A DNA stretch of 64,000 nucleotides from Clostridia bacterium (GTDB lineage: Bacteria > Bacillota > Clostridia > Christensenellales > CAG-138), in NCBI GenBank assembly GCA_017614315.1, contig JAGACA010000007.1, positions 68,433 through 132,432 on the forward strand, written 5' to 3'. This document shows, piece after piece, positions 8,570-17,896 of the stretch (positions are counted from its first letter, which is position 1; the number at the start of each line of letters is the position of its first letter). A program made the translations under genes and the position numbers. The notes under the pieces are model-generated. The model did no database searches and was not told the DNA's origin. It saw nothing but the letters and a program-made list of their open reading frames with translations.

Positions 8570-10033
8570 ATGGGTGAATTAGTTGAAAAACATTTCCCGG
8601 CAAAAGCGTTGCTTACGGGGCTAAGGGCTATCGGGTATAACTTTTCAACTGCTGTTGCGGATATTATAGACAACAGCGTCTCGGCCCAAGCGAATACCGT
8701 TAGAATCTATTCTGATCCTCTTGCAACTATTCCGTATTTCTGCATTCTTGATAACGGAAACGGAATGAGTTTTGCTGAACTTAACAACGCAATGCTTCCA
8801 GGATCAGATAGAACGGGCAAAGAGGACTGCGAGCTTGAGCTCGGCAGGTTTGGTCTTGGCTTAAAATCTGCTTCTCTTTCTCAGTGTCGAGAGTTTATCG
8901 TAGCTAGTAAGAAATATGGCAAAATCAATGCAATGTCATTTGACTTAGACGAGATAGAAAACAGCAACAAGCTCGTCCTATCAGTGCTGGATAAAAATGA
9001 GATCGCCGAACTGCCATATATTGCTGAACTGCGCGAGTACTATAGCGGAACATTAGTAGTTTGGGAAAAGTTTGATAAAATTGAATCCAGCTCTAAGAGT
9101 TTCGAAGATAGCTTTAGGAGCGCTGTTGCCGAAGCAAAAAAACACGTAGAATTCGTATTTCATAGGTTCTACGATGATCTTGAAATCTACTTCAATAACA
9201 AACGAATCGAGCGAAGAGATCCGTTTTTGCTTGGTTCATTCGGACGTCAGCAAACGGGCAGAACAACAAGGATCAGTATTGGAGAATCTATTATTACGGT
9301 AACACCATACACTTTGCCGTTTGCAAACACGCTGACATCCGAGGAAAAAGCACTGCTAGGCAATCCGAAGAGCATATATGACGAGCAAGGGTTTTACATC
9401 TATCGGAACAAAAGGCTTATCTCTTGGGGCAATTGGATGAGGATGGGCATACGCAGTGAGCTGAATAAGCTGGCCAGGATTCAGGTTGATATTCCATCGT
9501 CCTTAGATGAAGTATGGACTTTAGATGTTAAAAAGTCCTCTGCAAAAATTCCTGATATCATAAAGAACCAGATAAAAGCTGCCGTTGAGGATTCGGTAAT
9601 TAGAAGCAGAAGGACAACGCGTTTCCCGGGCGTAAAGGAACAGATGCCCGAAGTCCAAGTTTGGGACCGTGTTAATTTGCACGAAGGCCAGATTAAATAT
9701 CAGATAAACAGAGAAATGCCCGCTATAGTTGCACTCTCCAATGCCATAGGCGAGAGCGAGAAAGAATTGTTGGAAATAGTGCTGTCGCAAATTGAAAGCT
9801 ATCTTCCTAAGTATCGTATTAATAACGATAATATGGATGCATTAACCATTGTTAATTCTGGAGAAGACGTCGAAGACGAGCGACTGATAAGCGAGATAGA
9901 AACCATCATTGCCTTCTTTGATAGCGAAACGAGAAAGAGTGTCTTCGAAAACATTTTCATGGCAGAAAACTATCAGAGACTATTACCCAGGAAAGAAGAA
10001 ATTAAGAGGAGGATTTTTGGAAATGACAACTGA
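8570..10033 (+). CDS. MutL/MORC-like GHKL (HATPase_c_3-type) ATPase
   Basis: 487 aa. Bergerat-fold motifs VADIIDNSVSA (N box), ILDNGNGMS (G1) and GRFGLGLKSAS (G2). Confidence 0.85.
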   Translation: MGELVEKHFPAKALLTGLRAIGYNFSTAVADIIDNSVSAQANTVRIYSDPLATIPYFCILDNGNGMSFAELNNAMLPGSDRTGKEDCELELGRFGLGLKSASLSQCREFIVASKKYGKINAMSFDLDEIENSNKLVLSVLDKNEIAELPYIAELREYYSGTLVVWEKFDKIESSSKSFEDSFRSAVAEAKKHVEFVFHRFYDDLEIYFNNKRIERRDPFLLGSFGRQQTGRTTRISIGESIITVTPYTLPFANTLTSEEKALLGNPKSIYDEQGFYIYRNKRLISWGNWMRMGIRSELNKLARIQVDIPSSLDEVWTLDVKKSSAKIPDIIKNQIKAAVEDSVIRSRRTTRFPGVKEQMPEVQVWDRVNLHEGQIKYQINREMPAIVALSNAIGESEKELLEIVLSQIESYLPKYRINNDNMDALTIVNSGEDVEDERLISEIETIIAFFDSETRKSVFENIFMAENYQRLLPRKEEIKRRIFGNDN

Positions 10034-12809
10034 GAAATATCAAGTAGCAGTTAATACGCTTTATACTGTACTATACGGTGCGATTCAGGGTAAACGGATT
10101 CCGCACAACGATGTCGTTCAGACTGCGAAGGCTCTTTTTCCGATAGTGCTTCCTAATTTGGTTGCAACGGAAGAACACAATCCTATTGTAAAAGCGGTTG
10201 TCAGCCGTTACGAGAGCGAAGTCGGAATTATAACATACGATCCTGAGTTCATTGATATTGACCGAGAAGCAAAGTATTGGCTATACAAGGAAAAAGAGCG
10301 TATTCAACATCCGTTTTTTGACAGATACAAGCTCTATCTGTCAAACAACGGATTTGAACCTAAGGTGATAACAAATATTGAAACTACTTGTGAACAGATT
10401 CTGGCAAGATGCGCAAACCCAAAGACTACAGCTTTGTCAGAAAAGAAAAAAGGCCTAGTTGTTGGAGATGTTCAATCGGGAAAAACAGCCAACTATCTTG
10501 GCTTAATTAATATGGCGTATGACTACGGGTACCGCATAGTTGTTCTTTTAGCGGGAACAACCAATTCTCTTCGCGAACAGACACAAAAACGTACAGACAG
10601 CGGAGTGATTGGCGCAAGAAGTGAAACTATCGGCAATACAATTGAATTTATAGGTGTTGGTCTAAATACCAACGAACACTTTGCTGTGCCGTTCACAAAT
10701 CAGATTAATGATTTCAAAAAATTTGTTCAAAAGAATTATAATGTTGCAATTGCAGACATAAATAAACCGGTCGTATTGGTCGTTAAGAAGGTTAAGAGCG
10801 TTCTGGAAAGTGTAGCCGAAAGACTTCAATATGAATTGAGCGATAAAGGTTTGGATTGCAAAAGCATTTTGATTATTGATGACGAGGCAGATAATGCTTC
10901 TATCTCGACAGCAAAAGATCCGGACAAGCCTACGGCTATTAATCGATGCATTCGTGATATTTTCAACAAATTCCCGATTGCATCGTATGTTGGGTATACA
11001 GCAACGCCGTTTGCTAATATTTTTATCAATCCCAAAGACGACGAAAGCTATTTGGACTTATTCCCGAGCGATTTTATAGCTCAGCTTCATGCACCGAGCA
11101 CATACTTTGGCGGAAGGCTTGTCTTTCCGGCTGACGGAACCCGTTCTAGGTATGTAAGATTAATTTCTGAGAGCGAAGATAATTTTCTTCCGGTTGTTCA
11201 CGATAAATATGTGCAATACCCTGCCATGGCAAAAAGCTTGGTTGAGGCTATAAATTCGTTTGTTATCTGCAATGTTATAAGAACACTTCGCGGCCAGGGA
11301 CTAAAGCATCGTAGCATGATGATTAATATCACAAGGTATAACGATACACAGGCTCTTATTTGGGAGAGAGTAAATGAGTATCTTGAAAAACTCAAAAATG
11401 CTATTGAGCAGTTAAGTGATATGCCGGTTGCCGAATTCATCAAGAACCGTTACTGCAATGCTCTTTACGAACTATACACTAAAGATGAGTTTTTTAAAAT
11501 CATTCGTGAAGGAAATAGCGAAGAAGCAGAAGGGCCAATCCCTTGGGAACAGATTCAGAGCGGGTTGTATGATGAAATCAAAAAAATCATTGTGGTTGTA
11601 ATCAACTCAAGAAATGGACAAATGAATAACCTTGACCCTTCAGGGAGTAAAAAACGCTTTGACTATGATGACAAAAAGGATGAAGGAGCCAGGGTTATTG
11701 CGATCGGAGGCATGGTGCTTTCTAGAGGCCTTACTCTTGAGGGGCTGATGATTAGCTACTATAGCAGACATGCCGGGGCATACGATACGCTTCTCCAGAT
11801 GTGCCGTTGGTTCGGATATAGGCCAAGGTATATGGACTTATGCCGTATTTATCTGTCTCAAATCAGCATAGACCAGTTTGATGCAGTTTTATCCGCCACG
11901 GAGGATTTAAAAACGCAATTTGGAGAAATGAAGTTGCGCGATAAGAAGCCTAGTGACTTCGGCATTATGATCAAAGAATGCCCTGACACTCTTGAAACAA
12001 CGTTGCTCATAACAAGCAGAAACAAAATGCGCGGAACGGAGACTTTTGTCCGCAGTCTCAATTACAGCGGTGTCTATGCTGATACATCGAAATTGGATAA
12101 AGATCCTGCTGTGAATAAGCATAACATTGAGGCTTTCCGAAGATTCTGCAAAAATGTCGAATTCAAGTGGGTGAGCAAGGATGGTAATCCAAACTCACAT
12201 CGGTACTACATGGCACAAAAAGTGTCTCAGCATTACATTGCCCAACTGTTTAAAGATATACGTATACCAATAGAAAATAAAAAATTTAATACTGCAGGAC
12301 TTGCGGAGTATACAGAGGATAGTGACAAGTACCCCTGGTGGGACGTCGTAATTGCAAATGGAAGTCAAAAAGATGGAAAGCAGTTTATGGACGTTTATCC
12401 GGTCGTTCGTAGTTTTCATACTAGAAGCGAGACAGATTTTATTCGAATCGGTGGATCAAACAACCGAGTCCTCGATCCTGGACAGTTAAATGCAGGGCTA
12501 TGGTACAAAGAAGGAGAAGCACTATCAGCAAAGGAATACTTAAAGCACCGCAGAACGCCTATTCTTGTAGTGTTTCCCATAGCACTTAATGAAGTAAGTC
12601 AAGAAGACACGGAAGATGAAACGATTTATAAAGCAAAGGCAAAGGCTGCTTTCGAAGGGGAAGTGCTACTTGCGTTCTCATATGCCTTTCCCGATACAGA
12701 AACAAAAGTTATGGTGACATATAGAGCAAATGCTGTGATGATAGATCAGATGATAAAAGGAATTGAAACTGACGATGAAGACGAAGGAGTTGAAGACACA
12801 GATGATTGA
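10023..12809 (+). CDS. Z1-domain P-loop NTPase (helicase-like)
   Basis: Start re-set to the ATG at 10023 (AGAGGAGGA upstream; overlaps the upstream stop). Walker A GDVQSGKTANY and Walker B ILIIDDEADNAS. Size and position match Z1 proteins of Dcm-linked operons. Confidence 0.75.
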   Translation: MTTEKYQVAVNTLYTVLYGAIQGKRIPHNDVVQTAKALFPIVLPNLVATEEHNPIVKAVVSRYESEVGIITYDPEFIDIDREAKYWLYKEKERIQHPFFDRYKLYLSNNGFEPKVITNIETTCEQILARCANPKTTALSEKKKGLVVGDVQSGKTANYLGLINMAYDYGYRIVVLLAGTTNSLREQTQKRTDSGVIGARSETIGNTIEFIGVGLNTNEHFAVPFTNQINDFKKFVQKNYNVAIADINKPVVLVVKKVKSVLESVAERLQYELSDKGLDCKSILIIDDEADNASISTAKDPDKPTAINRCIRDIFNKFPIASYVGYTATPFANIFINPKDDESYLDLFPSDFIAQLHAPSTYFGGRLVFPADGTRSRYVRLISESEDNFLPVVHDKYVQYPAMAKSLVEAINSFVICNVIRTLRGQGLKHRSMMINITRYNDTQALIWERVNEYLEKLKNAIEQLSDMPVAEFIKNRYCNALYELYTKDEFFKIIREGNSEEAEGPIPWEQIQSGLYDEIKKIIVVVINSRNGQMNNLDPSGSKKRFDYDDKKDEGARVIAIGGMVLSRGLTLEGLMISYYSRHAGAYDTLLQMCRWFGYRPRYMDLCRIYLSQISIDQFDAVLSATEDLKTQFGEMKLRDKKPSDFGIMIKECPDTLETTLLITSRNKMRGTETFVRSLNYSGVYADTSKLDKDPAVNKHNIEAFRRFCKNVEFKWVSKDGNPNSHRYYMAQKVSQHYIAQLFKDIRIPIENKKFNTAGLAEYTEDSDKYPWWDVVIANGSQKDGKQFMDVYPVVRSFHTRSETDFIRIGGSNNRVLDPGQLNAGLWYKEGEALSAKEYLKHRRTPILVVFPIALNEVSQEDTEDETIYKAKAKAAFEGEVLLAFSYAFPDTETKVMVTYRANAVMIDQMIKGIETDDEDEGVEDTDD

Positions 12810-13734
12810 TTTTAGCGAGATATATAACAAGTTTTGCGATCAGCAGCATGGTAATCAAAAGAAAGTCCCGGTGGATTCGTGTATAGAAGTTTTCTTTGGA
12901 TTTAGTTTCGAAGGGAATCTTCGTCTTTCTTTCATGTCGAAAGGCGACTGCCCTATGATGGAGTCCACATCAATACTCCATGTGGTCCAGGGAAGAGAGG
13001 GTAAAGACTCCTATTGGACTTCTTTCGATCTTCTTAACGGGGAACTAAAAGAAGCATACTTCAGCTTTTGCGAAAACATGATTGACTCTATTGTTGAAAT
13101 CCGCGACGAGTCCTTGGCACTAAATATGCTGAGGAGACGATTTATCACATGGAAAAAGCTTTTCCAAAAGGTCTCCGGTGGAGATATTTCAAAGGAAAAG
13201 CTTATGGGTATTTTCGGTGAGCTTGCAGTGCTAAAGGAGATTATTTCTAAAAAGTATGGCGTTGACACGGCGATACAAGCATGGGGCGGACCCAAAATGC
13301 AAAGTAAAGACTTCACCGTGGGAGATACATGGTATGAGGTAAAAACTATAGGAGCAAATGCAGACAGTATTCGCATCTCTTCACTCGCTCAACTATCTTC
13401 CCCAAATAACGGACATTTAGTTGTGGTCCGTGCTGAGGCCGTATCTCCTGAGGCAGGAGGGACAAGCTTAGCGATCATTGATTTAGTTAAAGAGATCTTG
13501 CTATTGGTATCCAGTGAGAGTATAGAAAATGATTTCATAAGAAAAATCCAGGGCATGGGGATCGATGTATACGGAAAGGAGATTAACTCAAGGTTCGATA
13601 TAAAGTCGATTAAATCATACTCGGTTGCAGAAGAATTCCCTAGAATCACAGTAGATAATGTTCCGTTTCCGGAAATTACGGATGTGAACTATGTGTTAAG
13701 TGTGGCATCCATTTACAGATTTATAGAGGAGTAA
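12802..13734 (+). CDS. PD-(D/E)XK motif protein
   Basis: Start re-set to the ATG at 12802 (GAAGGAG upstream; 8-nt overlap with the Z1 stop). Candidate nuclease core IFGELAVLKE ... KDFTVGDTWYEVKT. Confidence 0.6.
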   Translation: MIDFSEIYNKFCDQQHGNQKKVPVDSCIEVFFGFSFEGNLRLSFMSKGDCPMMESTSILHVVQGREGKDSYWTSFDLLNGELKEAYFSFCENMIDSIVEIRDESLALNMLRRRFITWKKLFQKVSGGDISKEKLMGIFGELAVLKEIISKKYGVDTAIQAWGGPKMQSKDFTVGDTWYEVKTIGANADSIRISSLAQLSSPNNGHLVVVRAEAVSPEAGGTSLAIIDLVKEILLLVSSESIENDFIRKIQGMGIDVYGKEINSRFDIKSIKSYSVAEEFPRITVDNVPFPEITDVNYVLSVASIYRFIEE

Positions 13735-13737
13735 AGA

Positions 13738-15828
13738 ATGGACATCCTTGAGTTTCGCGAAAGTTATATAAATGAGGATATCAATGCAGAGGCAGTAAAC
13801 ACTATGCGGTATCCGGTTGAGGTGTTTATTGACAATGCAGCAGATATCCTTAAAAACGATTACTCTCTCATTACTGACATGAGTCAGTGCTTCTTTTCCT
13901 TTAGTAAAGGAACAAGGGCATATAAGAATATGCATATTGATGCTGCATATTTAGATCTTGCGTCAAATGCTCTTGACTTGCTCTGCGCAGATTATAATGA
14001 GGGAGAGATCACGAATATAACCAATGAGATTCTTGGAAATAAATCTCAGCTTCTGCTGAATTTCTTTGAGAATTCATTAAAGGGGTTCTTTGTATCTGCT
14101 GAACAGGCTGATCCTGCAGTACAGCTTGCACGAGATATTCGAAACAATTATAAAGACATTCATACAATACATCTGTTTGTAGTTAGCACTAACAGGCTAA
14201 GTAAAAGCGTTAAAAATCTTGACTTTCCAGATTATACCTTTAAAGAGCACACATTTAAGGTGACGCTTGATGTTCTTGATATTGAAGGAATATATAGATC
14301 TAAACTGGCCGGATTTGAAAAAGAAAAGATTGTAATTAATTGTAACGAATTTGGCATCCGAGGGATCCCATGTATTAAGGCAGATATTGGAACCGACCAA
14401 TATGAGTCTTATTTGGCCATTGTACCGGGCTCTTTCCTCTCAGAGATCTATAAAAAGTATAGCTCTGCGCTTCTTGAATCAAACGTCCGCTCGTTCCTTA
14501 AGTTTAACGGGGCAGTCAACAAGGGCATTCGTGGGACAATACTAAATGAAAAATCAAGGTTCTTTACATACAATAACGGGATATCGACTACTGCAAGAGG
14601 TGTAACCATTGTTTCGGACCCGATATGCGGCAACATGATAACGGCGTTTGACGATCTTCAAATAATAAACGGGGGCCAGACAACCGCAACATTGGCGGCG
14701 ACCAACATAAAGAATAATGCAGACTTAGAGGGCATATATGTTCAGATGAAACTTACCGTCCTAAAAGATTCTGATCCTGAATTAATAAGGAATATCGCTA
14801 AGTATGCGAACAGTCAGAATAAGGTAAAAACCGCAGATTTGAACTCTAGTCATCCGTTCTATGTGCGAATGGAAGACTTCTCCAGAAAGATTTATGCGCC
14901 TCTGGCAAGCGGAAGTTTGGTTCAGCAGCTCTGGTTCTTTGAACGTACCCGTGGGCAATATGAGCAGCCGCTTATGCAAATGACGAAAGCACAGGCGAAC
15001 AACTATAAACTCACAAGGCCTAAGAATATGCGTTTTACGCTGACAGATTTGGCTAAATACATTAATGCAGCAAACATGCTGCCTCATTACGTATCTTGGG
15101 GCGGAGAGGTCAATGCTGCCCATTTCCATAACGACATGGAAAAACAATGGAATAAGAGTAACGAGGTCTTTAATGAGCTTTTCTATAAAGAGTTAATAGG
15201 AAAAAAGATCCTGTTTTCCAGAATCGAAACGGTGATTTCCAGTCAACAGTGGTACCAGGAAAATAGGGCATACCGTCCCCAAATTGTTGCGTATACGTTT
15301 TCAAAACTCGTGTTGTCTGCAAAAACAATACACAAAGAGATAAACTATAGACAGATATGGGACCTTCAGAAAGTTCCAACAGAATTTGACGAGGACATCG
15401 CAAAAATAGGCAAGATTGTATTCGACAAAATTAACGATCCTTACCGGTCAACAGCAAATGTTGAAACATACTGTAAAAAAACTGAATGCTGGGATATCGT
15501 ATCCAAGGTTCCGTATTCAATAACGGATGACCTAAGAGAGATCTTAATTTCTCCGAGTGAGAAAACCGCTGAAAAAATGGCGGCAAAAAAGGAACAAGCT
15601 TTTGATAATGGACTCATGAACGAAATAGAGATATTCAACAAAGGAGAGGAGGGCTGGTCGTCTCTGATTGACAGAGGGCAGGCACAGTATGTACTTAACA
15701 GCGCCGATGTATTTGCCTTAACGGATGCTATTAAATACTGTAAGATGCAGTATACGCAGTTGACCAACAAACAGATTAAGGCAATAATGGATGCGGTCAA
15801 AAAACTAAAAGAAAACGGCATAGAATAG
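13738..15828 (+). CDS. AIPR (abortive-infection phage-resistance) family protein
   Basis: 696 aa. Has the IINGGQTTATL motif characteristic of AIPR proteins. AGAGGAG RBS. Starts 3 nt after the upstream stop. Confidence 0.75.
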   Translation: MDILEFRESYINEDINAEAVNTMRYPVEVFIDNAADILKNDYSLITDMSQCFFSFSKGTRAYKNMHIDAAYLDLASNALDLLCADYNEGEITNITNEILGNKSQLLLNFFENSLKGFFVSAEQADPAVQLARDIRNNYKDIHTIHLFVVSTNRLSKSVKNLDFPDYTFKEHTFKVTLDVLDIEGIYRSKLAGFEKEKIVINCNEFGIRGIPCIKADIGTDQYESYLAIVPGSFLSEIYKKYSSALLESNVRSFLKFNGAVNKGIRGTILNEKSRFFTYNNGISTTARGVTIVSDPICGNMITAFDDLQIINGGQTTATLAATNIKNNADLEGIYVQMKLTVLKDSDPELIRNIAKYANSQNKVKTADLNSSHPFYVRMEDFSRKIYAPLASGSLVQQLWFFERTRGQYEQPLMQMTKAQANNYKLTRPKNMRFTLTDLAKYINAANMLPHYVSWGGEVNAAHFHNDMEKQWNKSNEVFNELFYKELIGKKILFSRIETVISSQQWYQENRAYRPQIVAYTFSKLVLSAKTIHKEINYRQIWDLQKVPTEFDEDIAKIGKIVFDKINDPYRSTANVETYCKKTECWDIVSKVPYSITDDLREILISPSEKTAEKMAAKKEQAFDNGLMNEIEIFNKGEEGWSSLIDRGQAQYVLNSADVFALTDAIKYCKMQYTQLTNKQIKAIMDAVKKLKENGIE

Positions 15829-15841
15829 AGGAACAGTCATT

Positions 15842-16258
15842 GTGGACAACCGTTCAAAAGAAGCAAGAAGCAGAAATATGGCACATATTCCCAGCAAAGG
15901 TACAAAACCCGAGGAATATGTGCGGAAGTACCTTTTTAGCAAGGGATTCAGATACAGAAAAAACGTAGCTGCTTTGCCGGGTAAACCTGATATCTTACTG
16001 CCAAAATACAAAGCGGCGGTATTCATCAACGGCTGTTTTTGGCATTGTCACGAGGGATGCAGTTGGTTCGTTCCTCCAAAGACAAATACCGATTTCTGGA
16101 ACGCGAAGTTTAAATATAACATCGAGCGTGACAGAAAAAACTACGCAAGACTTGAAGAGATGGGATGGCGTGTCCTAATAATCTGGGAATGCGAGATTAG
16201 ACACGGGGACCCTGTTGATGCTGTTGAAAAGCTAATTAATGAGATAAAAGGAGAATGA
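15842..16258 (+). CDS. vsr: Very-short-patch repair endonuclease
   Basis: 138 aa with a GTG start. RSRNMAHI, LPGKPDI, NGCFWHCH and GWRVLIIWECE align with E. coli Vsr motifs. Confidence 0.9.
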   Translation: MDNRSKEARSRNMAHIPSKGTKPEEYVRKYLFSKGFRYRKNVAALPGKPDILLPKYKAAVFINGCFWHCHEGCSWFVPPKTNTDFWNAKFKYNIERDRKNYARLEEMGWRVLIIWECEIRHGDPVDAVEKLINEIKGE

Positions 16259-16259
16259 A

Positions 16260-17570
16260 ATGAAAATTGGGCAGATATATAGAGCGTCAAACAGAACAGA
16301 AAAGCAGGATCCGTCCTTGCTAGAAGTTGATGGCTTCCCGAACTTTTACTATCACACCTATCTTGCGAATAACGCAAAGATACAGTTTCAGCGCGGTGTG
16401 CATTCAATCGGAAAAGTGATTACAAAAGACGGGAATGAACGTATTCCCGCGATTATTGTTTCAAGTAGCCCTCATAGATATGGCAGCGAATCCACACCGT
16501 GGGAAGATATTTACGATCCGGACTTTGGCAGGGTGAGATACTATGGCGATAATAAATCGAACGACAAGCGCCCAGAAGAGAAACAGGGAAACAAGGCATT
16601 GCTGAAAGCCTTTAGAATCCAATCTTCTCCTGATCCAATTTTACGAAAGAAAGAGGCGGTACCGATTCTTTTCTTTGAAAGGACTGCGGTTCAGACTGAG
16701 AATGGCAAAGCAAAAAAGGGATACTTAAAGTTCCACGGATACGGTATTATCGAAGCCGTAGAGTTAATAACACAGTACGATGTTAAAACGCAAGACGGTT
16801 ATTTTTCAAACTACGTGTTTGATATGTGCGTCTTTTCGTTGACCGGTGATAACGAAGAATTCCCTTGGCTGTGGATTAATGCGAGAAGGGATCCGAATCT
16901 TTCAGATGAAGACACGTTAAAGTATGCACCATCCGCGTGGAAAAGTTGGGTGAACAATGGTGAGTACAGTAAAGTAAGGAGGCATGTCTTCTCTTCTGCA
17001 ATTGCGAAACCAAAGGATCAACAACCGGATTCCGGAAGCAAAGAAGAGGAAATCCTTAAAACGGTTTATGAGTATTTTAGTGATAGGGACAGGCACTGCT
17101 TTGAACTCCTTGCAATGAAAGTTACACAGGAAGTATTCCGAATGTCCGGCGCAAATTTTATGCCAGGCTGGGTAACGCAGCAATCAGGTGACGGAGGAAT
17201 AGATTTTGTTGCTAGAAGCGATATCGGGCAAGGACTGGCAAAAATCAAAACAATCATAATCGGACAGGCAAAATGCGAGAGCATTACCACACCGACAAAC
17301 GGCATTGGCATCGCGCGTACCGTCTCCCGTCTTAAGCGGGGATGGATAGGTGTATATGTAACTACATCTTATTTTTCAGTGGCAGTTCAAAAAGAAGTGC
17401 TTGACGATCAAAGCCCAATAATGCTTGTTAATGGGCTTCAAGTGGTTAAAGCAATTCAATCGATTATCTACAGAGAAGGAATAACTGTCCAGGATTTACT
17501 CAATAACATAGAAAAAGAGTATCCGACTACATGTAAAAACAGAAGGCCGGAAGAGATATTGTTTGAATAA
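16260..17570 (+). CDS. Two-domain restriction protein: N-terminal SRA(YDG)-like reader candidate plus C-terminal Mrr-cat PD-(D/E)XK nuclease
   Basis: 436 aa. The start lies 1 nt after the vsr stop (ATGAAATG). C-terminus has GDGGIDFVARSD...IIGQAKC...GVYVTTSYFS (Mrr catalytic core). In the N-terminus, the order GVHSIG, AIIVSSS, RYYGDNK, QGNKALL, VPILFFER, YLKFHGYGIIEAV parallels SRA-domain blocks. This N-terminal call is by eye only. Confidence 0.6.
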   Translation: MKIGQIYRASNRTEKQDPSLLEVDGFPNFYYHTYLANNAKIQFQRGVHSIGKVITKDGNERIPAIIVSSSPHRYGSESTPWEDIYDPDFGRVRYYGDNKSNDKRPEEKQGNKALLKAFRIQSSPDPILRKKEAVPILFFERTAVQTENGKAKKGYLKFHGYGIIEAVELITQYDVKTQDGYFSNYVFDMCVFSLTGDNEEFPWLWINARRDPNLSDEDTLKYAPSAWKSWVNNGEYSKVRRHVFSSAIAKPKDQQPDSGSKEEEILKTVYEYFSDRDRHCFELLAMKVTQEVFRMSGANFMPGWVTQQSGDGGIDFVARSDIGQGLAKIKTIIIGQAKCESITTPTNGIGIARTVSRLKRGWIGVYVTTSYFSVAVQKEVLDDQSPIMLVNGLQVVKAIQSIIYREGITVQDLLNNIEKEYPTTCKNRRPEEILFE

Positions 17571-17585
17571 ATCTATGCAAGCATC

Positions 17586-17786
17586 TCATCGTCTCGATGG
17601 TTTCACATTATCATCCGGGCTGATACTGCCTTCGATTGTGCCGTGCTCTTTCTCGAAGTCCTTGATCGCGTTGCGCACAAGCACAAGGATATGGCTGTTC
17701 ACGGAACGACCTTCATAGTCCGCGATATAGGCGATCTTCTTTAGCATCTCATCCTCAATACGAATAGACACACTCTTAACGGCCAT
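17586..17786 (-). CDS. Ribbon-helix-helix (CopG/Arc-like) DNA-binding protein
   Basis: First ATG at 17786 (AAAGGAGA upstream). MAVKSVSIRIEDEMLKKIAYIADYEGRSVNSHILVLVRNAI fits the RHH beta-alpha-alpha pattern. Confidence 0.7.
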   Translation of the reverse strand: MAVKSVSIRIEDEMLKKIAYIADYEGRSVNSHILVLVRNAIKDFEKEHGTIEGSISPDDNVKPSRR

Positions 17787-17840
17787 GATCAAATCTCCTT
17801 TTAAATGGCTGTATGGTGTGTTTATTTTATGTCTGCCGCG

Positions 17841-17877
17841 TGTTATAATGTCTGAAATAGATATACAGTATATCTAT
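17841..17877 (+). promoter_or_regulatory. Extended -10 promoter plus 21-bp perfect palindrome operator
   Basis: TGTTATAAT at 17841-17849. ATAGATATACAGTATATCTAT at 17857-17877 is a perfect dyad. It lies between the divergent RHH and SLOG genes. Confidence 0.6.
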
Positions 17878-17896
17878 AACAATTCGGAGAGATGAT

